From NCBI GenBank assembly GCA_963802945.1, contig CAWDKY010000053.1, positions 32,001 to 96,000 of the forward strand: a stretch of 64,000 bases of DNA. The letters run 5' to 3'. The notes beneath the pieces were generated by a model. It was not told where the DNA came from. It searched no databases and saw nothing but the letters and a program-made list of their open reading frames with translations. Below, one piece after another: positions 19,045 through 28,944 of the stretch. Numbering within the stretch: the stretch's first letter is position 1; the number at the start of each line of letters is the position of its first letter. The DNA comes from an uncultured delta proteobacterium (lineage in GTDB: Bacteria; Desulfobacterota; RBG-13-43-22). Made by a program: the position numbers and the translations under genes.

Positions 19045-21330
19045 CTAAAAATTCACTCTCATGCCAGCCCAGGCTGAGATGGGAGCACCCGGGCTCAAAA
19101 ACAGCTCATTATGACCGTTGAAAAAGTTGGTGTTTACCTGCCCGGAGGTTTCGTACCGCTGATTAAAGACATTGGTTGCCATGGCGAAAAGTTCAACGTG
19201 CTTACCGATCTTGTAGCGCGTGTTGAGATTAACCACTACATAGCTGGACACCTGCGGCAAATGATTGCTGTCATCGCCTCTCACAAACTGACTGGAGACG
19301 TATTGCAGTCCACCCCCCAGAAACCAGCCCTGCAGTACCTCATACTCGCCTCCGGCGTTGATCCGATGTTCGGGGATGCCGGGGATATGGTCGCCAGGAC
19401 GGACCTCCTCCGGCCCTACGGCATTCTCCAGCATTAACTGGTCCTCATAGGTCGCTCGAACAAAGCTGTAGTTGGCATACCATTGCAAGGGCCCTTTTTT
19501 CCCTTGCAAGGCAAATTCCACACCCTCGCGTACAGTATCACCCACATTCTGAAAATAGCCGCTGGAGAGCGATCCGCCGGGAGGGGTAACGAAAAGAATG
19601 TCGTTATTAAGTTCTGTATGGTAAACGGCAAAGTTATAACTGAGTAGGTTGCTTAGTTTTCCTCGCAGGCCCGTTTCCCATGTTCTTGCCACAACTGGCT
19701 GGAGAGATGGATCGGAAACGGAGCTGTTAGGCAGCGAGCAGGGGGCAGACGGATTTGAGCAGGTCAACTCGACCGGTGTCGGTGCACGCATTCCTTCGCT
19801 ATAGTTGGCAAAGAAGGTCAACTCTTTCACGGGAGAGGAAAGTGCGAAGAGCTGCATAAGATCGACTGTGAAACCGGCCGCAGGGTTGAGCCGCTCGAAC
19901 TCGTGGTCGCCACTTAAGGCCGTGCCCAGTTGGTCGGATAGCTGGGCATCGGCACGATTCCAGCGGGCCGATGCCGTAATGTGCCACCAGGGGGTGAGAG
20001 AAAAGGTGTCAGTAGCAAAAATGCCGAGATAATCGTTAGTAGCCACCACGTTGGTTGACTGTACAAACGGGCCGTTCGGTACGGTCACCGCGTCAAAGGT
20101 GGCGGTTAATGAGGCCGGCTGCTCTGATTGGGTGAATCGGCTGTGGCTGTAATCGTAGCTGGTGCCTATGGTGAATTGATTCTCTCTCTGAAAAAACTTG
20201 CCTTTGTAACTTGCCTCCAAGGTGAGGCCGACGCCATTTTGCACTGTGCTAGTTATAGCGTTCTGACCTGCGGGAACCAAGTTGCCGTTAGCATCCAGGC
20301 ATTCCTCCAGATTAAAGAAGGTGGCGCAGTTGGGGCCGATATTGCTGTTGAAGGTATCGGTCGTATTGCTTCGGAAGTAGATATTGCCCGCAAACTCCCA
20401 GTCCGATGTCATTTGGTGGCTCCCCGTGAGATTGATGAAATTAAGCTTGTTTCTCGTATTGTCGGGAGCGGTGTAGAAGGCATGACGGTCGATGTTGAGA
20501 AAGCTCTCCGGAGTCGGGCCGACGCCGTTCATCAGATTATCGGCAAACGTGTAGCTCAAATGGAGGTCTGTTGACCCGTTCACCCAGCCGACTTTGGCGA
20601 ACAGTTGGCGGATTTCACTGTCAGAGTGGGGACGCCAGCCATCATCTTCGGCAATGTTACCAGTGACGAACCAGTCAAACATATCATGCGAACCGCCATG
20701 CTCAAACTCGAAGGCTTTGCGGCCAAAGGTTCCCCCATAAGCTTCCAGGCGTGTACCAGGATCGCTCAGGCCGCTCTTGGTGCGAACAGAGAGCGCCCCA
20801 CCTAAGGTATTGAGACCGAACAGGGGATTGGAACCTGGGATAAGATCGATGCCAGCAATCGCTGAGAGCGGAATCAAGTCCCAATTAACGATGTCGCCGA
20901 ACGGCTCATTAATCCTGACCCCGTCCTCGTACACCGACATGCCAATTGGGGTGCCAAGAAGCGGTGAGGCAAGGAAGCCGCGATACGTAACATCTGGCTG
21001 GAAAGGATTCATCTGCACTTCATTAATAGTGACGCTTGAAAGCGTACGATTCATGAAATCGGGCAGGTCTAGCGGCTCATGCTGATTAATGGTCTCTTCG
21101 CCTGCCGACTGAACGTTGCCAGGCACCTTTTTCAGAGGCATGCCAAGACTCGGTACCGGCGTTATCCCGACCACAACTATTTCGGGTAATTCTTCGATAA
21201 CATTCGTGGGTGTATCAGATTCGGGTTGATTCTCACTAGCCGACAAAGTGAGCGGCATCATAAAGGTGAAGCCCGCAAGCAAGCAAAGCACCCAACTCAC
21301 AGTCCTGTCGAAGACTTTCCTCAAATACAT
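19045..21330 (-). CDS. TonB-dependent outer-membrane receptor
   Basis: TonB-box-like EIVVVG, plug motifs YRGF..YEDGVRIN..GLNTLGGAL, C-terminal NVFNQRY...VNF. Confidence 0.92.
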   Translation of the reverse strand: MYLRKVFDRTVSWVLCLLAGFTFMMPLTLSASENQPESDTPTNVIEELPEIVVVGITPVPSLGMPLKKVPGNVQSAGEETINQHEPLDLPDFMNRTLSSVTINEVQMNPFQPDVTYRGFLASPLLGTPIGMSVYEDGVRINEPFGDIVNWDLIPLSAIAGIDLIPGSNPLFGLNTLGGALSVRTKSGLSDPGTRLEAYGGTFGRKAFEFEHGGSHDMFDWFVTGNIAEDDGWRPHSDSEIRQLFAKVGWVNGSTDLHLSYTFADNLMNGVGPTPESFLNIDRHAFYTAPDNTRNKLNFINLTGSHQMTSDWEFAGNIYFRSNTTDTFNSNIGPNCATFFNLEECLDANGNLVPAGQNAITSTVQNGVGLTLEASYKGKFFQRENQFTIGTSYDYSHSRFTQSEQPASLTATFDAVTVPNGPFVQSTNVVATNDYLGIFATDTFSLTPWWHITASARWNRADAQLSDQLGTALSGDHEFERLNPAAGFTVDLMQLFALSSPVKELTFFANYSEGMRAPTPVELTCSNPSAPCSLPNSSVSDPSLQPVVARTWETGLRGKLSNLLSYNFAVYHTELNNDILFVTPPGGSLSSGYFQNVGDTVREGVEFALQGKKGPLQWYANYSFVRATYEDQLMLENAVGPEEVRPGDHIPGIPEHRINAGGEYEVLQGWFLGGGLQYVSSQFVRGDDSNHLPQVSSYVVVNLNTRYKIGKHVELFAMATNVFNQRYETSGQVNTNFFNGHNELFLSPGAPISAWAGMRVNF

Positions 21331-21755
21331 TACGAGATCCTTCCACCGAGAAACTGCCGAGACTAGCTATAGCAGAGTTTTCCTTTGGGAATTTCGCTGA
21401 CAGGGATAGGGTTAGGCAACTGGGCAAGAATTTCTTGATTGACCTGCGCCTCGGCGTCGCGGCGTATAGTAAGTGGCGTTTCTGTGTGCCAACAATTTCT
21501 TCTGCGTTTCTGTCGCGCTGTCCCTGTTATCAGCATAGATTGAGCATACATACACGCATAATAACATTTACAACGACATTCCCCATATCAAAATCATTAG
21601 GGCTAATTAGGGCTAATACCCCCTCCATAATTTAGCTGCAAGTCACCTTTTAATATATTTAATCACTTGAAACAAGTTTTTCTTTCAATGGAGTCGAAGT
21701 TTTAATGAGAAATTACATTTATCGCAATGAAAAACGTCAACGAGAGACAGGTATC

Positions 21756-22140
21756 CCTCATTTCACATTGAAAACCCTATGTTAAGCAGAATAGTATCGT
21801 AATCGTTCAATCCGTGCCAGTATCTCGGCAAATAACCTCTTGTCTATCGCGACCTCTGCCATCTGAAACGTAACATATCTGCTGTGCCTGACAACTTTCG
21901 CTCCGATCTTAATGAGCTTTACGAGCAGGCTCCGAAGTGACCAGTGTTTTATTTTACTCGGAAGAACCAATCGTCGCAGGAAATTGCCCAGGTTATACGC
22001 CAGAACAAACAGCCAGAGCCTGACCCGATTTGAGATGAAACGTTTGCATGAGAGCCGGGTCCAGTTCAGAGCATACTTGCCTTCTTTTATCCATTGCTCG
22101 GCAGTTCCTCTGCCATTGTAGAAGTGTTCAATACCTTTAC
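21756..22140 (-). pseudogene. IS1380-family transposase C-terminal remnant
   Basis: FYNGRGTAEQWIKEGK..LSC..N..RL.L..LAYNL..LIKIGAKVVRH; 5' part missing. Confidence 0.85.
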
Positions 22141-22604
22141 GTCATGTCAAAGAACAAAGGCCGACAGCAGCCAATAGGAACCAAGAAGCATATCCAAAAA
22201 GGTTATTTATCCACCTTAACCATTGCTTTTGAAGAGAATTTTCTTTCGCCTATCTCCCCAAGCCAGTTTTGATTTACTCTTATGGTTTATGATCTTTAAA
22301 TTATATTTTGGGCAACAGCCCCTTAAGAATGAATTGGAGATTGATCCGGCCTGTGACGAGATCGTGCATTTTTTAACTTGACAATACCTAACGGCTAAAT
22401 TAAATTTTAGCCAATTTGAGAAAGCGGAGCAAAAGAAATTTTCCATAGTCCTAAACTTTTCTCTCCATTTTTTTGTTGGTTTTGGATTTAGCAACTCTCA
22501 GATGTACTTTTTTAGCGTATCATATATGTCTTTTTTACTGATCCTAAAAGCAATTTCAATTTTTCAACCAAAGAATTAAATCTTTAATTAACAAGGAGGA
22601 AAAA

Positions 22605-23975
22605 ATGAAAGCAAAGAGTAAGTTTCAGAGACAATGGATCTTAATGGGATGCATTTTTATGTTTTTCGTTTTTTTAATCGGCCTACCGCAGGCCGGGGCC
22701 TTTGTGCCCTTAAAAGGGGACCTTTCCAAGTATGACCCCAATCATCAGACCTTTCCAACCTCAGGCGATACCATCAAGATCGCCATCTGGGACGTCTTCA
22801 GCGGACCGGACGCCTGGATCGCGGAGGCCTATTATGCCCTGCTCGGCTTTGTGGCCCAGGATATCAACTCTCAGGGCGGCATCAAGGTGGATGGCAAGAT
22901 GAAGAAGATCCAGATCATCAAAGCTGACACTCAGGCCAAACCCGACCCGGCCAAACGGGCCATGGAAAAGGCCATTCTGGAAGACAAAACCAATTTCCTG
23001 ACCGGGGTGGCCGGAAGCCACCTGATGAAGGCCGGCATGGCTGTAGCCAAACAATACAAGGTCATCTTAGTGAACAATGCCGCCTATACCGACGAGCTCA
23101 TGTTCACTCCTGATTTTAACGAATACACCTTTCGCACCTGCGGGACTGTTGATGGGAATTCCAAGACGGCGGGGGCTTATTATGCAAAACGACCAGAAAC
23201 CAAGTTTTACATCTTAGCTCAGGACTACCTTTTTGGACATGCCTGCGCCAAAGCCTTTAAGGAAACCTTAAAAATTATGAAGCCCAATGCCCAGATTGTC
23301 GGCGAAGAATACTTTCCGGTGTTTACCAAAGACTTCGGGCCTTACCTGGAGAAGGTCAGGGCCTCCGGGGCCGAAGCGATCTTTTCCATGGCCTGGGGCG
23401 CCGACAGCGAGAATACGATCAAGCAATCGAGACAACTAGGCTTAAAAAGTCCATTAAACAAAGACTTGTACATCCCAATTATCAGTACCTTTCTGGATGC
23501 CACTCAGCCCCTGGAGGCTATCGGCGGACCGGCCGGCCGGGGGCTGGTACTGAACACCGATTTTCAACTGGATCCCAGAAGACCGGGTGACAAAAAATTA
23601 ATGGATATATGGCACAAATTATGGATGACCTGGAAAGCCCCCTATAATTCAGTAAATCATGAATGGCCCAACGGCGGCTGGCTCAGGAACATGGTCTCCT
23701 ATTACTGGTTATGTCAGGTAATCCAAAAAGCCGGAAGTCTCGATCCCCAGAAGATCATCGCTGCCTGGGAGGGAGACACCTTCGATGCCATCGGTCAAAA
23801 ACAGTACATGAGGCCCGATGATCATGAGGCCATAGCCGACCGGGCGCTTTGCGTATTGGAATTCCCCAATAAGTGGTTCAAAAATAATGCCGGCCCCGGT
23901 CTTCCCACCTGGATACCGGCCAAAGATTGTATGCCCGGCATGGATCCGAAACTTGTTGGACGTGTAAAAAAATAG
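22605..23975 (+). CDS. Liv-type ABC transporter substrate-binding protein
   Basis: Signal peptide; INSQGGI..DTQAKP, QDYLFG, DFGPYL.KV. Confidence 0.88.
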   Translation: MKAKSKFQRQWILMGCIFMFFVFLIGLPQAGAFVPLKGDLSKYDPNHQTFPTSGDTIKIAIWDVFSGPDAWIAEAYYALLGFVAQDINSQGGIKVDGKMKKIQIIKADTQAKPDPAKRAMEKAILEDKTNFLTGVAGSHLMKAGMAVAKQYKVILVNNAAYTDELMFTPDFNEYTFRTCGTVDGNSKTAGAYYAKRPETKFYILAQDYLFGHACAKAFKETLKIMKPNAQIVGEEYFPVFTKDFGPYLEKVRASGAEAIFSMAWGADSENTIKQSRQLGLKSPLNKDLYIPIISTFLDATQPLEAIGGPAGRGLVLNTDFQLDPRRPGDKKLMDIWHKLWMTWKAPYNSVNHEWPNGGWLRNMVSYYWLCQVIQKAGSLDPQKIIAAWEGDTFDAIGQKQYMRPDDHEAIADRALCVLEFPNKWFKNNAGPGLPTWIPAKDCMPGMDPKLVGRVKK

Positions 23976-23993
23976 GGGTTTTTCATTTTTTCT

Positions 23994-24028
23994 CTCAAAG
24001 CTCACCTTTTCCAGAGGCGAGCTTTGAG
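23994..24028 (+). terminator. Intra-operon stem-loop after the binding-protein gene
   Basis: CTCAAAGCTC-N15-GAGCTTTGAG. Confidence 0.5.
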
Positions 24029-24067
24029 CATGACATAAAAGCTTTTCGTAAATAGTCCCTTTGACCC

Positions 24068-24188
24068 GTCACCCCGGCGAAGGCCGGGGTCCAGAAATTA
24101 TCAGGATTCCTGGATGCCGGCTTTCGCTGGCATGACGACTTTGATGGCACTATCTGCAATTAGGACACAGCCTCGAAAGCCGGATTCC
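24068..24188. repeat. REP-like palindromes; inverted copy of 2870-2948
   Basis: gtcaccccggcgaaggccggggtccag; ctggatgccggctttcgctggcatgac..ttaggacacagcctcgaaagccggattcc. Confidence 0.8.
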
Positions 24189-24362
24189 ATTGTTTGCCCG
24201 CCGTTGGCGGTCATAAATTCCTTCGGATTAATTCTCGGCGGGGTCTTATTGAGTCCGCCATGAAGGGGTAGGCTTTCATTTTTTGAACAAGATTTAAATC
24301 GCCCTTACGTAGTTATTTTTCATTATTAAAGATTAAAGATTCATCGGCAGGAGGATTATTAG

Positions 24363-25235
24363 ATGAGTCCGACTACGGTTCTGTATGTCGCTCAGGCTAT
24401 TCACGGCCTGGCTTACGGCATGTTGCTTTTTTTGATAGCATCTGGCCTGACCTTAATCTTTGGCATGATGGGAATTCTGAACATCGCCCACGCCTCTTTT
24501 GCCATGTTGTCCGCCTATTTCTGTTTCACGGTTACGCAACTTACCGGAAATTTTTGGCTGTCACTGTTGATTGCCCCACTGGCTGCCGGAATCTGCGGGG
24601 TTGTGACTGAGCGTTTTCTCTTGCGTCCGGTCCATAAACAGGGACATCTGGCCGAACTCCTCTTGACCGTGGGACTCATGACCCTCATCCTTGAAATCGT
24701 CAAGTTCTTCTGGGGAACCGAGAGTCTGGTGGTGGCCATACCTACCAGCCTGAACAGGCTGTTGCATTGGGCCGGTCTGACCTACCCGGTCTACCGCCTT
24801 TTTATTATTGGAATATCTCTGGTGGTATTGGCTTTTATGGCCTTTATTCTTTTCAAGACCAGGTTGGGCATGATTGTGAGGGCGGCTGTCTCCGACCCGG
24901 ATATGGTCAGCGCCCTGGGCGTTAATACACCCCTCGTCTTTATGCTGGTTTTCGGCATCGGGATCTGGCTGGCCGGTATAGCCGGGGCGGTGGCCGGACC
25001 GCTTCTGACCGTCTTTCCAGGCATGGCCGATCTCTTGGGTATGGATGCCTTTGTGGTGGTGGTGGTGGGAGGATTCGGGAGCCTCGGCGGCGCCTTTATC
25101 GTAGCTCTCTTTTTAGGGGAGTTGAATGCTTATGGGATTCAGTTTATTCCCCGACTGGCCCCAGTTCTAATGTTTACCTTTATGGCCCTTGTCTTAGCCT
25201 TTAAACCGATGGGTCTATTTGGAGAAAGAGAATGA
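24363..25235 (+). CDS. ABC permease, LivH-like
   Basis: ASGLTLIFG..NIAH, TRLG..VRA, VVVGGFGS. Confidence 0.92.
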   Translation: MSPTTVLYVAQAIHGLAYGMLLFLIASGLTLIFGMMGILNIAHASFAMLSAYFCFTVTQLTGNFWLSLLIAPLAAGICGVVTERFLLRPVHKQGHLAELLLTVGLMTLILEIVKFFWGTESLVVAIPTSLNRLLHWAGLTYPVYRLFIIGISLVVLAFMAFILFKTRLGMIVRAAVSDPDMVSALGVNTPLVFMLVFGIGIWLAGIAGAVAGPLLTVFPGMADLLGMDAFVVVVVGGFGSLGGAFIVALFLGELNAYGIQFIPRLAPVLMFTFMALVLAFKPMGLFGERE

Positions 25236-26206
25236 GTAAGTGGTCTAATTGGATTAAATGGGCGGTGGTCGCTCTTATTGCAGTCGGTTTTCCGCGTGTT
25301 TTCAACCTCTATTATACCAACCTGTTTTTAGCCTTTGCCATTTTTTCTCTCTATGCGGTGAGCGTTAACCTGCTGCTGGGCTATATGGGAGTTTTAAGTT
25401 TTGGTCATGCCATGTTTTTCGGCACCGGAGCCTATGTAACAGCCATTGCCCTAACACGCATCCCGGGATTACCTTTATTGCCGGCTATCCTGCTCGGGGG
25501 CCTGGCCGGCGGTGTGCTGGCCGTGATCTTAAGCCCTTTGTTGGTCAGGGTCAGCGGAACGGCCTTTGCCATGTTGACTATGGCCTTTGGTCAGCTCATC
25601 TTTGTCCTGGCCCTGAAATTCAGGGAGGTCACCGGGGGAGAGGACGGTATCGGTGGCTTTACCGTTCCGCCTCTTCACATTCCAGGCCTGATATCCATTG
25701 ATATGACCAACCAGATCAATTTTTATTATTTCGCCATGGCTGTGGTGGTGGTGTGTCTATTGGTCTTGTGGTTTTACACCAAAACTCCTTTTGGAAGCTT
25801 GATCGTCGGTGTTCGGGACAATGCCCTGCGCATGGATTATCTGGGATTTAACTTAAACCAGACCAAGGCCATCAATTTGATCATCAGCGGTACCTTCGCC
25901 GGCATCGCCGGTTCGCTTAACGCCCTGCTTCTAAAACTGGTCTCTACGGTGGGAATATTGGACATAGGAACCTCCTTTTTACCCATCATGATGGCCTATA
26001 TCGGCGGTGTAGGCAGTTTCGTCGGCCCGATTTTCGGTTCAGCGGTTATTCATTTCCTAGAAACGATGGCCATCCGCTTTACCGAGCGGATCGGCCTGAT
26101 AAATGGTGCCATCTTTATCCTGGTAGTCTTGTTTGCACCGCAAGGGCTGGTCGGTCTTTTCAATACAGCCAAGGCCAAGTGGTTTCAGAAGGAGAAGGTT
26201 TCATGA
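25232..26206 (+). CDS. ABC permease, LivM-like
   Basis: LLLGYMG.LSFGHA, TGGEDG, RDN..R...LG. Confidence 0.92.
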   Translation: MSKWSNWIKWAVVALIAVGFPRVFNLYYTNLFLAFAIFSLYAVSVNLLLGYMGVLSFGHAMFFGTGAYVTAIALTRIPGLPLLPAILLGGLAGGVLAVILSPLLVRVSGTAFAMLTMAFGQLIFVLALKFREVTGGEDGIGGFTVPPLHIPGLISIDMTNQINFYYFAMAVVVVCLLVLWFYTKTPFGSLIVGVRDNALRMDYLGFNLNQTKAINLIISGTFAGIAGSLNALLLKLVSTVGILDIGTSFLPIMMAYIGGVGSFVGPIFGSAVIHFLETMAIRFTERIGLINGAIFILVVLFAPQGLVGLFNTAKAKWFQKEKVS

Positions 26207-26949
26207 ATATTTTGGAGACTAAGGGGTTATACCATGATTTCAGCGGACTGGAAGTCCTGTTCGATATCAATCTGGAAGTCAAGGAAGGTGAACGCCTGGC
26301 CCTCATCGGACCTAACGGAGCCGGGAAAACCACATTGTTCAATGTGATCACCGGTAATTACTGTCCCTCAAAAGGACAGGTATTATTTAAGGGGAAAAAC
26401 GTCACCGGGGCCAAACCTCACCAGTTGGCCCGTATAGGCCTGGGGCGATCCTTCCAGATTACCAGCACCTTTTCCAAATTGACCGCTTTCCAGAACATCC
26501 GGCAGGCCATTCTCTCCAAAAGAGGAATACGTTTTCAGATGTTGCGCTTATTGGACAGGATGCAGGACATCACAAGGGAAACCGAAGAGGTCTTGAAAAG
26601 GATCAACCTGGACGGACAAAGGGATATCCCCGCCGGAATGCTCTCTTATGGGAAACATCGTTCCCTGGAAATCAGTATGGCTTTAGCCGGCGATCCTGAC
26701 CTGATCATGCTGGACGAACCCACAGCCGGCATGTCTCGGGACGAAACGCATACGGCCGTAGAGTTGATTCGAAGACTCACAGAAGGCAAAACCGTGGTCA
26801 TCATAGAGCATGATATGGATGTGGTTTTCTCGTTGGCAGACCGCATCACCGTCCTGCATTATGGAGAGATTCTGGCCACCGGTACTCCGGCGGAGATCCG
26901 GGAAAATCAGGCTGTGAAGGATGCCTACCTAGGAGAATTGGAATACTAA
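26203..26949 (+). CDS. ABC ATPase, LivG-like
   Basis: GPNGAGKT, LDEPTAG, IEHDMD; ATG overlaps the upstream stop. Confidence 0.93.
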   Translation: MNILETKGLYHDFSGLEVLFDINLEVKEGERLALIGPNGAGKTTLFNVITGNYCPSKGQVLFKGKNVTGAKPHQLARIGLGRSFQITSTFSKLTAFQNIRQAILSKRGIRFQMLRLLDRMQDITRETEEVLKRINLDGQRDIPAGMLSYGKHRSLEISMALAGDPDLIMLDEPTAGMSRDETHTAVELIRRLTEGKTVVIIEHDMDVVFSLADRITVLHYGEILATGTPAEIRENQAVKDAYLGELEY

Positions 26950-27036
26950 ACCTCAATCCGAATCTTAACAGAATTAAAACCAAGGCCTTAAGGATTTTGT
27001 GATTCGAAATTTGAAATTTTACCTTCGGAGTATTCT

Positions 27037-27756
27037 ATGATGCTATTGGAAGTCAATGACTTAAATACCTTCTACGGCACGAGCCATGTTTTGCAGGGAA
27101 TTTCCTTAGAAGTGAATCAAGGGGAGTTAGTCGCCCTCTTAGGCCGGAACGGCATGGGAAAAAGCACCACCCTGAAAAGTATCATGGGAGTGGTCAAGCC
27201 AAAATCAGGATCGGTCGTCTTTAAGGGAAAAGAAATTTTCGGGTATCCCTCTTTCAAGGTGGCCAGAGTCGGAATCGGTTATGTTCCCGAAGAAAGGCGT
27301 ATCTTTCCCAACCTTTCCGTTCGTGAAAACCTATTAATGGGAATCAAGGGCGGGAAAATAAAAAACCCTGCTGATCCCAATGTCTGGACCGTAGAACGCA
27401 TCTTCCAGCATTTTCCCATGCTGGAAAAAAGGACCCGCCAGAAAGGAAAATTCCTGTCCGGCGGCGAGCAGCAGATGTTGACCATCGGCCGCTCGTTGAT
27501 GGGTAATCCCGACCTCCTGCTGGTGGACGAGCCCACTGAAGGTCTGTCTCCAATCATGGTCAAAGAGGTCCGGGATGTTTTGGAGGAGATCAACAAAGCA
27601 GGTGTTTCCATTCTTCTGGTTGAGCACAATCTTAAGGTGGCTATGTCTTTGGCCGACCGCATCTATTTGATGGGCAAGGCCCATATCGGCTTTAACGGTA
27701 CTAAAGAAGATCTAAACGCCAACCCCCAGGCTCGCGAGAAATATCTGGAAGTCTAA
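27037..27756 (+). CDS. ABC ATPase, LivF-like
   Basis: GRNGMGKS, LSGGEQQM, DEPTEGL. Confidence 0.93.
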   Translation: MMLLEVNDLNTFYGTSHVLQGISLEVNQGELVALLGRNGMGKSTTLKSIMGVVKPKSGSVVFKGKEIFGYPSFKVARVGIGYVPEERRIFPNLSVRENLLMGIKGGKIKNPADPNVWTVERIFQHFPMLEKRTRQKGKFLSGGEQQMLTIGRSLMGNPDLLLVDEPTEGLSPIMVKEVRDVLEEINKAGVSILLVEHNLKVAMSLADRIYLMGKAHIGFNGTKEDLNANPQAREKYLEV

Positions 27757-27774
27757 AAAATTCTGGAAGTTTAT

Positions 27775-28239
27775 TTAATTTTCGTGAACGAGTCCACTGG
27801 CTTTACCGAAAAGGACCTTGTCTCCATGTTGATTTTCGCACCATACATCTAAAAGCAATCTTAACGCCTTCCCTTCAATTTTCTTTTCCCGAACTATTCC
27901 TTTGGTGACTATCTCATCTTCCGGCCAGACTGGTTGAACAATAACCACAGAGAGTGTTCCTCCAAGGTACCCTTTACCAAAAAATTTGATCAGCATTTCT
28001 CCAATATATTCCATTAGCTGGCTAGCAAACACCATTGGTTTATCAACCCCCCAGCTCTGGGCTATCTCGTAGTCGTTGTGCCAATTCTTTTTGCGAGGCC
28101 ATTGGCTTCGATACAGGCGTATTTTATCTAAAGTAACTTTTTTGAATATTGACTCTAACTCAAATCCGACCTCTATTCTCTTACTGGCAACGATTTTCAT
28201 CGCTCTGAATGCTGTGGGGTCAACCGGTTTGATGTTCAT
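27775..28239 (-). CDS. MaoC-like hot-dog dehydratase subunit
   Basis: NWHND..AQ.WG, PVWPED.I..KG, VWCENQ.G. Confidence 0.75.
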   Translation of the reverse strand: MNIKPVDPTAFRAMKIVASKRIEVGFELESIFKKVTLDKIRLYRSQWPRKKNWHNDYEIAQSWGVDKPMVFASQLMEYIGEMLIKFFGKGYLGGTLSVVIVQPVWPEDEIVTKGIVREKKIEGKALRLLLDVWCENQHGDKVLFGKASGLVHEN

Positions 28240-28249
28240 ATCGTGCTCC

Positions 28250-28726
28250 TTAGTCAGATTCCTTTTCCATCCGAGCGACTAAAGGAAAAGCATGCGTTGT
28301 CCTCATACGAACGACCTCTGTCTCCTCTTCATCAACAACCAGGAATTCAAATGAAATATGGTCCCTGCCTCTTTTGGCGGTCTTATCTATTACCCTTCCG
28401 GTTATTTTAATCTTTTTACCCACCCTCAGAGGACTTAGAAATTCAAATTCCTGTTTGGCCCAAACGCCTTTGCCCTCAGGTAGAATAAAATGATTCCAAA
28501 TCATGATGTCCGTGTCGTACGAAAGGAATGTCGGCGGGGCGATACGACCACCAAAGGGCGAATCCTTCATATACCAAGGGTTGTAATCGTCGTTGGCCCA
28601 AGCATGCCTTTCAACCATCTCTTTGGTAACAATCATCTCGACCGGCTTAATTTCGTGCCCGATTCCAGCGTTGAATAAGTCGTGTCTGCCGGCCATTCTT
28701 AGCTTTGGTTCCATCATGACCTCCAA
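28250..28726 (-). CDS. MaoC-like hot-dog dehydratase subunit
   Basis: D.NPWY..SPFGGRIAPP, QEFEF..PL.VG. Confidence 0.8.
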   Translation of the reverse strand: MEVMMEPKLRMAGRHDLFNAGIGHEIKPVEMIVTKEMVERHAWANDDYNPWYMKDSPFGGRIAPPTFLSYDTDIMIWNHFILPEGKGVWAKQEFEFLSPLRVGKKIKITGRVIDKTAKRGRDHISFEFLVVDEEETEVVRMRTTHAFPLVARMEKESD

Positions 28727-28944
28727 AATAATAATAAATGTTCGGCGCCTTAAACAGGGATAGCGAGCGCCTTCCTGGGTCTGCCTAAGTGGGCAGCATG
28801 TACCGGTACAAGAGAGTTTAGCGGGTTAACTTCAAACTATAGACCTATTCCTTGTATAGAAGATTCCCTACACCGACTCGACTGAGCAACTCGACCTGAG
28901 CTCGTCGAGGGTCTCGCCGAATTCCTGGTGCAAGGAGATCCAAT

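Noticed and set aside
28735-28930. Possible riboswitch or attI in the spacer before the MaoC pair
   Set aside because: Only small hairpins (CTGCC-taagt-GGGCAG; ctcgac..gtcgag); no family consensus that I can support.
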